Assembly (NCBI GenBank): GCA_038128265.1
Contig: JAYPJE010000002.1
Span: forward strand, 95,669 to 156,360
DNA: 60,692 bases
From: Gemmatimonadota bacterium
Lineage (GTDB): Bacteria; Latescibacterota; UBA2968; UBA8231
Direction of reading: 5' to 3'
Part shown: one piece after another, positions 1 through 8,762 of the stretch
Layout: the number at the start of each line of letters is the position of its first letter
Numbering within the stretch: the stretch's first letter is position 1
Position numbers and translations under genes: made by a program
The notes under the pieces: model-generated
Database searches by the model: none
Told to the model about the DNA's origin: nothing
Seen by the model: the letters and a program-made list of their open reading frames with translations, nothing else

Positions 1-269
1 CCGATGAAGGCGGCGGGTCGATCTGCGACTTTGTGCTCAGCTGCCGCGTCATGGGACGCGGCGTAGAAGAAACGCTGCTGCACTTTGCCTCGCGCCGAGC
101 GCGCCAACTGGGGTGGCAAAGGCTACGGGTCGAAGGGCTAGCCACGCCCCGCAACAAACCCTGCCTCGACTTTTTTGCCCGTATGCTGGGCCCTGCCAAC
201 GACGGGGCATCGGCCTGGTCCGTCCGCGACGAGGTGGCCCTGCCCCTTCACGTGCAGCTGCACGCGTGA
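1..269 (+). CDS. C-terminal fragment of an FkbH-like (HAD-IIIC/acyltransferase-like) protein, 5' end outside the window
   Basis: Frame is open from the window edge (DEGGGSICDFVLSCRVMGRGVE...TPRNKPCLDFF). The 'LSCRVMGRGVE' and 'T.RN.P...F' motifs are typical of FkbH-family C-termini. Confidence 0.75.
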   Translation, partial: DEGGGSICDFVLSCRVMGRGVEETLLHFASRRARQLGWQRLRVEGLATPRNKPCLDFFARMLGPANDGASAWSVRDEVALPLHVQLHA

Positions 270-1381
270 AAACGGTCGCTCACTGCATATCGCCCTATCT
301 GCAAACGGCGGGTCCGTGGATTTACGAACAGATCCATCGGGCTGCGCGCCATCGGCCGATTGTGCTGACTCAAGGAGCGATTAACCTCGATGCCTATCCG
401 GTCGAGACACTGTACTCAGCCGAGGACTTCGCTCCTGTGCGACGCCTGTGCAATCGCCTGTGGCGCAAAACGCGCAACGAATACCTGTTTTACGAACCGA
501 TTATAGAGCGCGAAGAGGCTGCGCTGCTGCACGCCCACTTCGGCTACGAGGGCTGCCGCGTGCTGCGCGCTCAGCAGCGCAGCGGATGCCCGCTGCTGAC
601 GACGTTTTACGGTGCCGATGCGACAGAGTATCCGCGCTATGCGCGCTGGATGCGCCAGTACCGCATCCTCTTTCAGCGCGGTGCGCTATTCTTGGCCGAG
701 GGGGGAGCCATGGCCGAGCGCCTGGTTGCCCTGGGGTGTCCCCAAGAAAAAGTGCGCGTGTGGCGTCTAGGCGTAGACGTAGATCGCATAGGCTTTGTCG
801 AGCGGCAGCGAGGAGAGCACGTGCGCCTGTTGATCTGCGCCGGATTCAAGGAAAAGAAGGGCATTCCCCACGCCCTGCGCGGATTGGCCAAGGCGCTGCA
901 GATCACCCCTTTTGACTATGCACTAACGCTGATTGGCGACGGCGAAGATCGCGCTGAAATTGAGCGACTAGTCGACGCGCTCGGGCTGCGCGATCATACC
1001 ATTTTTCGCGGCATGCTGCCCTATGCACAGGTGGTCGACGAACTGCCGCAGCACGATATCTTGCTGCAGACCAGCATCACGGCGGCCAACGGCGATGGAG
1101 AGGGAGGGGCTCCGGTTATTCTCCTGGATGCGCAGGCTTCTGGCATGCCAATCGTCGGTTCTACGCACGCCGACATTCCCGAATACGTCCGCGATGGGCG
1201 GAGCGGATTACTAGCCGCCGAGGGCGATGTTGAAGGCATTGCCGAGCGCATCGTCGACCTGGTCGAACGCGCGGGCGAATGGCCTGCGATGGGGCGCGCC
1301 GGGCGTGCGCACGTCGAGCGTCAGTACAGCGCCCAGCGCCAGACGGAGGTGCTGGAGACCATCTATGACGAGCTGCTTTAG
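266..1381 (+). CDS. GT4 family glycosyltransferase (WcaL/AmsK-like)
   Basis: GTG at 266 overlaps the upstream TGA (GTGA coupling). Motifs LLHAHFG, EKKG and 'TAANGDGEGGAPV.LLDAQASGMP.V...HADIPE'. Confidence 0.88.
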   Translation: MKTVAHCISPYLQTAGPWIYEQIHRAARHRPIVLTQGAINLDAYPVETLYSAEDFAPVRRLCNRLWRKTRNEYLFYEPIIEREEAALLHAHFGYEGCRVLRAQQRSGCPLLTTFYGADATEYPRYARWMRQYRILFQRGALFLAEGGAMAERLVALGCPQEKVRVWRLGVDVDRIGFVERQRGEHVRLLICAGFKEKKGIPHALRGLAKALQITPFDYALTLIGDGEDRAEIERLVDALGLRDHTIFRGMLPYAQVVDELPQHDILLQTSITAANGDGEGGAPVILLDAQASGMPIVGSTHADIPEYVRDGRSGLLAAEGDVEGIAERIVDLVERAGEWPAMGRAGRAHVERQYSAQRQTEVLETIYDELL

Positions 1382-1400
1382 CGGCGGTGCAGGGGGCCGT

Positions 1401-1937
1401 TCACTCCTCGTCCTCGCTCAGCCAGTATCGCTGGTATTCGTCTAGGTAGGTCAGCGTGCGTAGGTCGTCCATGCGATCTAGAAAGAGCACGCCGTCCAGG
1501 TGGTCGACTTCGTGCTGAAGCACGCGGGCAAAAAAATCGCGCGCAACAAACTCGACTGGCTGTCCATCGCGACCCAATCCGCGCACCTCTACTTCAACGG
1601 CGCGCGACGCGACGCCGCGCACGTCGGGTATGCTCAGGCAGCCCTCCCAGCCGGCGCTACGCTCTTCCGACATGGCGGTAAACTCCGGGTTAAAAAGAAC
1701 GGTGAGCGGAATGCTGCCTTCTTCGTCATCTGCTTCCGGATCGCCCAGCACAATGAGGCGCAGACTGTGAAATACTTGAGGGGCGGCTAGGCCGATGCCT
1801 TCGTAGTCGACCATTGTCTCGATCATATCATCGACCAGGCGCTGCAGGTTTGGATCGGCTATGCGCGCCTGGTCGACAGGCGCTGCAGGACGGCGCAAAA
1901 CGGGGTGGCCCATGCGCGAAACGCGTAGGATCGACAT
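1401..1937 (-). CDS. def: peptide deformylase
   Basis: All three signature motifs present: GIGLAAPQV, EGCLS, QHEVDHL. SD AGGAG upstream. Confidence 0.97.
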   Translation of the reverse strand: MSILRVSRMGHPVLRRPAAPVDQARIADPNLQRLVDDMIETMVDYEGIGLAAPQVFHSLRLIVLGDPEADDEEGSIPLTVLFNPEFTAMSEERSAGWEGCLSIPDVRGVASRAVEVEVRGLGRDGQPVEFVARDFFARVLQHEVDHLDGVLFLDRMDDLRTLTYLDEYQRYWLSEDEE

Positions 1938-2013
1938 CCAAAAACTCCTATTAATGCAGTGTATAAAGGATTTTTTCTAATAACAGGGCATGCCGTAGCC
2001 CTGTCAAACGACG

Positions 2014-2655
2014 CTAGCGGACGCCGAGTTGGCCCAGTCGCCGGCGCACGCTCTGGGCGCGCTTGGGGTCCATAGCGGCAAGAGTGGCGGTGCGCTGTTC
2101 GGCTGTAAAGTGGCGTAGGGTCTGGGCGACGACCTCGTCATCGAGCGCTGCCAGTTCGACGGCAACTGCCTGCGGGGGAAGTGCCGTAAGCGTCTTGGCT
2201 AGAGCGTGCAGCATGGCGTCGCGGTCTTTGGTCAGGGCACCGATTTCGCGGCGCAGTTCGGTTTTGAGTTTCGAGAACTCGCGCAGCGTCGTTGGATCGG
2301 GCTGCAGCTGGTTCGCTGCCGGTGCGGCCTCTTGTTCCTGAATGGGAACCGGGGGAAGGAGCGGGGGGGGGCTGGTCGCAGGAGCTACGACTTCACTGCC
2401 TGACGGAGGGGGTGGTGTGGGGGAGGGGGCACGAGTAGGTGCAGCGGTGGGCTGAGAGGCGGCCTGCGTCGAGCGAGCCGCCTGCGCTTTCTGCGTGGCT
2501 TGGACGGAAGCTGTGCGCGGTTTTTTCGGATCTGTCGAGCGCCTGACAGAGGCGCTTGGCCGGTCGTTTCCGATAGCGCTCATCATAATGGCCAAAACGA
2601 TGACGAAAGAGAGGCTCATACCTCCGAGGAGCAGTACTAGCGCTTTGATATTCAT
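2014..2655 (-). CDS. membrane-anchored protein with Pro-rich linker, coiled coil and MotE/FlbB-like (MgtE_N-like) C-terminal helical domain
   Basis: N-terminal TM helix, Pro/Ala/Thr linker, and C-terminal 'LAKTLTALPPQAVAVELAALDDEVVAQTLRHF...TLAAMDPKRAQSV' resembling MotE/FlbB-type helical repeats. Confidence 0.55.
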   Translation of the reverse strand: MNIKALVLLLGGMSLSFVIVLAIMMSAIGNDRPSASVRRSTDPKKPRTASVQATQKAQAARSTQAASQPTAAPTRAPSPTPPPPSGSEVVAPATSPPPLLPPVPIQEQEAAPAANQLQPDPTTLREFSKLKTELRREIGALTKDRDAMLHALAKTLTALPPQAVAVELAALDDEVVAQTLRHFTAEQRTATLAAMDPKRAQSVRRRLGQLGVR

Positions 2656-2794
2656 ATTCGCAGCAAAGAGGGTGTCCGTCTATTGCAGTCGTGCCGATTC
2701 TGTAGCCCAGATGCGCTGCATAGGCAGTGGGACAGTAGCCGACGCATACGCCCGCCGTAGTAGAGCATCTACAGCAAAGCGCAGACCAGGGAGA

Positions 2795-3427
2795 TCAGTC
2801 TGGTTGCGCGGGAGCTGCTGACGCGGTGCGGCAGCAGCGGAATCCAATTAGATCGAGGTGGTAATCGCCGTCCAAAAAGCGTCCGTAGCGCGCATCGGTG
2901 CGCGCCATATTGGCGTTGTGGAAGTAGGACCCCCCGCGCACGGCGCGCCACTCTTCCTGCTGGGAATACCAAGAAGCCGTCCACTCCCACGCGTTGCCGA
3001 TCATATCGTGCAGGCCGTAGCTATTTCGGCACTGGGCGAATGCGCCGCTGGGCGCTAGCCCGTCGCCCCCGACCCACTGGCCATCGCGCTTCCTTGGCGT
3101 ATTACAGCGGTCGGATTCGAAGGTTTCTCCATATCCGTAGGGATAATTTTCCGGTCCGGTAGCTGCGCGCTGCCATTCTTGCTCGGTGCACAGGCGTTTT
3201 TCCGCCGCTTGGCACAGCTGCTCTGCTTGGCCAAAGGTCACGTCAACGGTGGGCAAGGCGCCGCGCCGGTTGGGGTATTCGTAGACGTCGATAAAGAAAT
3301 TGTCGATGAGGATCATGCCGCCGTCTCTAGTCGAGTCGGGCGTCGATGGGGCGGCGGGCGCGGTCTGCGCCCAGTGGGCCGTGGCTAGAGCCAGTAGGAT
3401 CGCCGTGGCGGTTAGGCTTTGTTTCAT
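2795..3427 (-). CDS. secreted FGE-sulfatase (SUMF1/EgtB/PvdO-type) fold protein
   Basis: Start re-called at MKQSLT (signal peptide, SD AGAGGG). Motifs RLCTEQEWQRAA, YGLHDMIGNAWEW, RGGS, IGFRC. Confidence 0.85.
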   Translation of the reverse strand: MKQSLTATAILLALATAHWAQTAPAAPSTPDSTRDGGMILIDNFFIDVYEYPNRRGALPTVDVTFGQAEQLCQAAEKRLCTEQEWQRAATGPENYPYGYGETFESDRCNTPRKRDGQWVGGDGLAPSGAFAQCRNSYGLHDMIGNAWEWTASWYSQQEEWRAVRGGSYFHNANMARTDARYGRFLDGDYHLDLIGFRCCRTASAAPAQPD

Positions 3428-3516
3428 CGCTGTCCCTCTAGCTGTCTGTATGGGCTGTTCGGGCGGTCGTCTATGCGCGCCGCGAACCGAGCATCGAGAC
3501 AGATCCAGTGCGCTGT

Positions 3517-4458
3517 CTACGGGGCGAAGTGGACGACGCCAAAGCGCGCCGGGTGGTGAAAGCCGCGCCGGAAGGTCTCGCTCCACGTGTTGTATTCGGT
3601 CTGTTCGCCGTAGCGCTCGTTGGCATCGCGGATCGGCTGCAGTTGGCGCTGCAAATCAGCCAGCGTGCGCTGTGCTTCGCTGCTGAGGGCATCGCGCTGT
3701 CCAACGGCTACGCCGCTTTCCTCCCACAGCGCGGCAATTGCCTCGTTGATGGTTTGTGCGGCGTCGCCCATTTCGTTTAGCGCTAGTTTGGCCTGACGCC
3801 CGGCCTTGCGCTCAATGCGGTAGAGGTTGAGCCGCCAATCCGTGCCGGGTGCTGGGCGCTGACCGCCAGGTATATCGCTGGCCATGGCCGACCACGGAAT
3901 GGCGATCTCTACGCTCCAGCCCTGATCGACGTCGCTGTTGTCGTTGACTGTGCCGTAGAGTTGCACCGCCGTTTTTAGCCCTTCTATGTCCCATTCGACG
4001 GACGAGCGGAATTCGGGTTCCACGGAGTAGATCAGCAGATCGACGACGGTGTTGGTCGGGCTTACTTCCAGCTCCAAGTAGTCGCGGCCGTCGCCGTCCG
4101 GATCGATAAAGACTTCGACGACTTCTTCCTCCCACAGGCGGTCGTCTTCCTCGTTGTATATCGCCCACATATCACCGTCTGCACAGGTAAAGGCGAAGTA
4201 AAAGTACTCGTCGTCCCAAAGCATTTTAGCGTGCGTCGGCCAGTCGACGGCGTCGTAGTCGTTGAGAATGCGCTCAAATTGATTGATTTGCCCGGCCCGC
4301 TCCCAGGCGTACTCGTCGAGGCGCCCGTCGATGGCGATGGGAGATGCCGCCCGTTGGACTGTGTAATGGGCCACGTGTCCGGACCCCGCCAAATAGGTCT
4401 GTTCCGCCCACACGCTCGCGGCAGATAGGAGCACTGCACAGGTGATTTTTGCCAGCAT
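3517..4458 (-). CDS. secreted carbohydrate-binding family 9-like (DOMON/CBM9) protein with a helical insertion
   Basis: Start re-called at MLAKIT (signal peptide, SD AAAGGA). Motifs IDGRLDE..W, LWDDEYFY, EVVEVFIDPDGD, WSVEIAIPW, WRLNLYR, FHHPARFG. Confidence 0.8.
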   Translation of the reverse strand: MLAKITCAVLLSAASVWAEQTYLAGSGHVAHYTVQRAASPIAIDGRLDEYAWERAGQINQFERILNDYDAVDWPTHAKMLWDDEYFYFAFTCADGDMWAIYNEEDDRLWEEEVVEVFIDPDGDGRDYLELEVSPTNTVVDLLIYSVEPEFRSSVEWDIEGLKTAVQLYGTVNDNSDVDQGWSVEIAIPWSAMASDIPGGQRPAPGTDWRLNLYRIERKAGRQAKLALNEMGDAAQTINEAIAALWEESGVAVGQRDALSSEAQRTLADLQRQLQPIRDANERYGEQTEYNTWSETFRRGFHHPARFGVVHFAP

Positions 4459-4637
4459 GAGCCGTCCTTTCGCTTGGAAAAACAATATAGGGATGTATCG
4501 GATGGAGGAGCAAATTGTCGGTGCTGGGAAGGGAAAGGATTTCCCCCGCGCAGCGGGTGACTTACGAAGGGAGTAATATTTCATAAAGCGTTTAAAAACA
4601 AATTTTTAAGATTGATAGGTGTGATGGCTAATATAGG

Positions 4638-4653
4638 TGGCATAGGCCTTGCT
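4638..4653 (+). promoter_or_regulatory. sigma54 (-24/-12) promoter of the flgF operon
   Basis: TGGCAT-AGGCC-TTGCT matches TGGCAC-N5-TTGCW with exact spacing. It lies ~50 nt upstream of flgF and is preceded by an AT-rich tract. Confidence 0.85.
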
Positions 4654-4701
4654 CAAAAGGGAGCGGAACTGCGTGGAACATTTCACCCATGAGTGTATGA
4701 G

Positions 4702-5493
4702 ATGATAGAGGGACTTTTTATATCGGCATCGGGTATGTTGCCCAAATCGACGCGCCAGGAGGCCATTGCCAACAATCTGGCAAACTCGGAAGTGCCTGGT
4801 TTTAAAAAGGATAACATGTTTTTGCGCGAGATGCGCGAACAGATGAAGCGCCAATCGGGTGACTATCCGGACTGGCGTATAAACCGCTTTGAAGGCGTGT
4901 GGACCGACCACGAGCAGGGGGCTCTGCGGCATACGGGCGACGTCTTTGACATGGCTATAAACGGAAAAGGTTTCTTTGCCGTGCAAACGCCGGAGGGGGT
5001 TCAATATACGCGCAACGGCAATTTCTCCAAGGACGAGCAGGGACAGCTGGTAACGCCTCTGGGGTATTTGGTGCTAGGCGAGGGCGGGGGGCCGATAACG
5101 ATTCCCGAAAACTACCAGCGCCCGGAAATCGATGCTTCTGGCATGGTGCGCGTGCGCGATGAGCTGCTCGGTGAACAGACGATTATTGGACAGATTCAAA
5201 TAGTTGATTTTCCCGAGCTTTATGACAAAAATGCAGCCGCGCAGACGCCCTATCAGACGCCGCTTAAAAAGGGGCGAGACGGGTTGTTTATACCCCATCC
5301 GGCCACGCCACAGGTGCCGGCTGATAACTTTGTTATTTCACAGGGCTTTCTCGAGGAATCAAACGTCGAACCGGTGCTGGAAATGGTCAAAATGATCGAC
5401 ATCTTCCGCGCCTACGAATCGGAACAGCGGGCTATACAGGTGCAGGATTCGACGCTGGAACGCGCGGTGAACGACCTGGGCCGCGTCAGCTAG
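4702..5493 (+). CDS. flgF: flagellar basal-body rod protein FlgF
   Basis: IANNLAN..PGFKKD N-terminus, YTRNGNF, QGFLEESNV C-terminus. Immediately upstream of flgG. Confidence 0.9.
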   Translation: MIEGLFISASGMLPKSTRQEAIANNLANSEVPGFKKDNMFLREMREQMKRQSGDYPDWRINRFEGVWTDHEQGALRHTGDVFDMAINGKGFFAVQTPEGVQYTRNGNFSKDEQGQLVTPLGYLVLGEGGGPITIPENYQRPEIDASGMVRVRDELLGEQTIIGQIQIVDFPELYDKNAAAQTPYQTPLKKGRDGLFIPHPATPQVPADNFVISQGFLEESNVEPVLEMVKMIDIFRAYESEQRAIQVQDSTLERAVNDLGRVS

Positions 5494-5513
5494 ATAAACG
5501 GGGAGAATAGGTA

Positions 5514-6302
5514 ATGAGTAGGGCACTGTATACGGCAGCGACGGGCATGATAGCGCAGCAGATGAACGTCGACAACATCGCCAACAACTTGGCCAACGTG
5601 AATACCACGGGCTACAAAAAGAGCAAGATGGAGTTTCAGGACCTGCTCTACCAGCAGCTGCGCCTGGCCGGTGCGACGCAGGCTGAAGGGGCGCAGGTGC
5701 CAGTAGAACTGCAGATCGGCTACGGCACGCGTCCGGTCGCCACGCAGCGCATCTTTTCGCAGGGCACGATCGTGCCGACGGGCAATCCGCTCGACGTTTC
5801 CATTGACGGCGACGGGTTTTTGCAGGTTACGCTGCCCGATGGAACGACGGCCTACACGCGCGATGGTGCACTGAAGGTGTCCTCGGATGGCACGATTGTC
5901 ACCTCGGATGGCTACTCGCTCGAACCGCAGATTACGCTGCCACCGGATGCTACCGATGTCAATATCTCGTCCAACGGCGAGGTTGCCGTTAAGCTGCCGG
6001 GCGATGCCGCCTTCCAGACTGTGGGCCAGTTCGAATTGGGCCGCTTTATCAACCCCGCTGGACTCAAGAGCATCGGTCGCAACCTCATGCTAGAAACGCA
6101 GGCCTCGGGCAATCCGATTATCGGTGCGCCAGACGAAGAGGGCTTTGGCAAACTATCGCAGCGCTTCCTCGAGCTGTCTAACGTGGAAGTCGTCGATGAG
6201 ATGGTGAGCATGATCGTCGCACAGCGCGCCTACGAGATCAATTCGCGCGCCATTCAGACTTCGGAAGAAATGCTGTCTAACGCCAACAACCTGAAGCGCT
6301 AG
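5514..6302 (+). CDS. flgG: flagellar distal rod protein FlgG
   Basis: ATGMIAQQ.NVDNIANNLANVNTTGYK, FQDLLYQ, YTRDG, SNVEVVDEMV.MI.AQRAYEINS. Length 262 aa. Confidence 0.97.
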   Translation: MSRALYTAATGMIAQQMNVDNIANNLANVNTTGYKKSKMEFQDLLYQQLRLAGATQAEGAQVPVELQIGYGTRPVATQRIFSQGTIVPTGNPLDVSIDGDGFLQVTLPDGTTAYTRDGALKVSSDGTIVTSDGYSLEPQITLPPDATDVNISSNGEVAVKLPGDAAFQTVGQFELGRFINPAGLKSIGRNLMLETQASGNPIIGAPDEEGFGKLSQRFLELSNVEVVDEMVSMIVAQRAYEINSRAIQTSEEMLSNANNLKR

Positions 6303-6329
6303 TAGCGGGCGAAGAAAGGTAGGGAAACC

Positions 6330-7040
6330 ATGAAATCGCTTGTCGCATTCGCAGCACTTGCCCTGGCTGGGGCAACGATGGTCCGCGCCGAGACCACGAT
6401 CGGTCCCGGGGAGATACAGCGCGCCGTGGAGCACTTTGTGCAGGCGCAGGTAACAACCGAACTGCCGGAAGACGCGCGCGCCGTGATCGACGTGCGCTGG
6501 CAGGGGGAACTGCAGTTGGACGGCGAGGGAGCGACCCACATTCGCGTGCGTCGCACGTCGTCGCGGCCCCTGCGCGGTCCGAGCGTTATGCGCGTTGGCA
6601 TCGATATCGATGGCCAGACGCAGCACACCATGAGCGTAACGGCCGACGTGCGGATCTGGCGACCGGTCGTCGTGGCCAGTCACATGCTGCGGCGGGGCGA
6701 GGCCATTGGCGCCGAGAGCTGTGAAGTAGCTGAGCGCGACGTAACGCAGGTGCGCGGCCAGTACTATGCCGATGCGCAGGCACTGCAGGGAATGCGCGCT
6801 CGTAGAACGGTGGGCATTGGCGATATCGTAACGGATAACCACATCGAAAAAATGCCCGTCGTGCGGCGCGGCGATGCGATTATGTTGGTGGCGCGGGCCG
6901 GGCGCATGAGCATGTCGGCTGCGGGCGAAGCGCTGCAGGACGGCGGCGTGGGCGATCGCATTCGCGTCAAAAACAGCGATTCGGGAAAAACCATCTACGG
7001 GCATGTCCTAGAGGGCGGCGCCATACAGGTGGGGCTATGA
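6330..7040 (+). CDS. flgA: flagellar P-ring formation chaperone FlgA
   Basis: Signal peptide, SAF-like region, C-terminal VVRRGD...GEALQDG..GDRIRVKN..SGK. Lies between flgG and flgH. Confidence 0.92.
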   Translation: MKSLVAFAALALAGATMVRAETTIGPGEIQRAVEHFVQAQVTTELPEDARAVIDVRWQGELQLDGEGATHIRVRRTSSRPLRGPSVMRVGIDIDGQTQHTMSVTADVRIWRPVVVASHMLRRGEAIGAESCEVAERDVTQVRGQYYADAQALQGMRARRTVGIGDIVTDNHIEKMPVVRRGDAIMLVARAGRMSMSAAGEALQDGGVGDRIRVKNSDSGKTIYGHVLEGGAIQVGL

Positions 7041-7624
7041 TCTCCTGCGCTTCGCGCCGTACGTGGGCCCTGCTGGCAACATGCATTTTGCTGCTGCCAC
7101 AGCTGGTATCGGCCCAGTTTCGCTCGCTCTATTCCGATCCCAAGGCCAATCGCATTGGCGATGCGCTAACGGTGATCATTCAGGAAAATGCCACCGCCAG
7201 CAACCAGGCGTCGACGGCGACGGGCAAGAGCAATAGCGCGTCGGTGGGCAGCGCAGTGCCGGGTGCGGGCAACCTGCTCGACTTTATTCCCCTGCACTCG
7301 TTTGATAGCGACTACAGCAACGACTACCAGGGGCAGGCCTCGACATCGCGCAGCGCGCGCCTCACCGCGCGCATGACGGTAACGGTGATGGCGATAAAGC
7401 CAAACGGCGATCTGATCGTCGAGGGCGTGCGCACGCTAAAGATCAACGGGGAGACCGAGGCCATTTATCTGAACGGCTCGGTCAGTCCGCCGATGGTGCG
7501 ACGCGACAATACCGTGCTGTCGTCGAGCATCGCGGACCTGCAGATCGAATATACGGGTAAGGGCACCATCACTCAGGGGACGCGTCCGGGCATCTTGGCG
7601 CGCTTTATAAACTGGATTTTCTGA
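7037..7624 (+). CDS. flgH: flagellar L-ring protein FlgH (short form)
   Basis: SLYSD.KA.RIGDALTV.I.E, PNGDL.VEG, DNTVLSS.IAD..IEY.GKG, PG.L.RF. Confidence 0.92.
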   Translation: MISCASRRTWALLATCILLLPQLVSAQFRSLYSDPKANRIGDALTVIIQENATASNQASTATGKSNSASVGSAVPGAGNLLDFIPLHSFDSDYSNDYQGQASTSRSARLTARMTVTVMAIKPNGDLIVEGVRTLKINGETEAIYLNGSVSPPMVRRDNTVLSSSIADLQIEYTGKGTITQGTRPGILARFINWIF

Positions 7625-7643
7625 TATGCTGGGTCGTAGGGTA

Positions 7644-8744
7644 ATGGCTATGTGGAAGGGGCTGTGGGTGGTCGCGGCATTGTTGGGGTTTTGTGCACCT
7701 AGCAGCGCAGCGCCGGCCGTGCGCATAAAGGATTTGGCTACGGTGCAGATGGGCCAAGAAATTCCGCTGACCGGCATCGGTTTGGTGATCGGCTTGGAGG
7801 GCACGGGCGATGGACGGCGTTCGGAGTTCACCTTCCAGATGCTGGCCAATATGATGCACCACATGAAAATAGCCGTCACTCCCGAACAGGTGCGGGTGCG
7901 CAACGTCGCCAGTGTGAGCGTGTCGGCGACGCTGTCGCCGTTTGATCGCAAGGGCAGCCGCATCGATGTGCAGATTGCCTCGATGGGCGATGCCTCGTCG
8001 CTGCAGGGAGGCCAGCTGCTGCAGTCGCTGCTGGTCGGTCCCGACGGCACGGCCTATGTAACGGCGCAGGGTTCCATTTCGATTGGCGGTTTCAATCTGG
8101 GTGGCGGAGGCGCCGGATCGGTGCGCAAAAACCACACGGTGGTCGGCAGCGTGCCCAGCGGCGGAATTGTAATTGAAGAGACGGAAAAGCTGGAAGACCT
8201 GCAGAAAGACCTTACGCTGATGCTCTACCAATCCGACTGGACTACGGCAGCGCGCATGGCCTATGCGATAAACGAGCACTTTGGCGAAATGGATCTGGCG
8301 CAGGCGGTCGACCCGGCGACCATTGTGATGGAGTTGGAGCCGCTGCGCAGCACTCCACAGGCGATGGTCGACTTTGTCGCCGAGTTGGAGCGGATCTCCG
8401 TCGTGCCCGACCTGCCGGCGCGCGTGGTTGTAAACGAACGCACGGGGACGGTGATTATCGGAGAGAATGTGTCGGTCTCTGCCGTGGCCCTCTCGCACGG
8501 TAGCCTAAAGCTGAAGATCCCAGGCGACGGCGGCGGCGATGCGTTCGGCGGCGAGGCCGAAGTCGTAGAGGAACCAGATCGTCTGCATCCCATTATTAGC
8601 TCGTTTGACGTTGGGGCCATGCCGACGGTGCGCGAGTTGGTGCGCAATCTGAACGCACTTGGCGTAACGCCGCGCGATTTGATTTCGATTTTACAGTCGC
8701 TCAAGGTTGCCGGCGCGCTGCGCGCAGAGCTGGTCATTCAATAG
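7644..8744 (+). CDS. flgI: flagellar P-ring protein FlgI
   Basis: RIKDLA, L.G.GLVIGL.GTGD, GDASSLQGG.L, ARVVVNERTGTVIIG, LNALGVTPRDLISILQ.LK.AGALRAEL. Alternative start at 7626. Confidence 0.97.
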   Translation: MAMWKGLWVVAALLGFCAPSSAAPAVRIKDLATVQMGQEIPLTGIGLVIGLEGTGDGRRSEFTFQMLANMMHHMKIAVTPEQVRVRNVASVSVSATLSPFDRKGSRIDVQIASMGDASSLQGGQLLQSLLVGPDGTAYVTAQGSISIGGFNLGGGGAGSVRKNHTVVGSVPSGGIVIEETEKLEDLQKDLTLMLYQSDWTTAARMAYAINEHFGEMDLAQAVDPATIVMELEPLRSTPQAMVDFVAELERISVVPDLPARVVVNERTGTVIIGENVSVSAVALSHGSLKLKIPGDGGGDAFGGEAEVVEEPDRLHPIISSFDVGAMPTVRELVRNLNALGVTPRDLISILQSLKVAGALRAELVIQ

Positions 8745-8762
8745 ACGGATTTGAGGGTTGTC

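Noticed and set aside
113..265. N-terminal extensions in the ORF track (also 12853, 17287, 31918, 35757, 43931, 50024, 52182, 53982)
   Set aside because: They overlap upstream genes, promoters or terminators. Family homology and SD or coupling signals support the later starts.
2795..3427. True formylglycine-generating enzyme
   Set aside because: The catalytic Cys pair after RGGS is absent (RGGSYFHNANMAR), so only the fold is supported.
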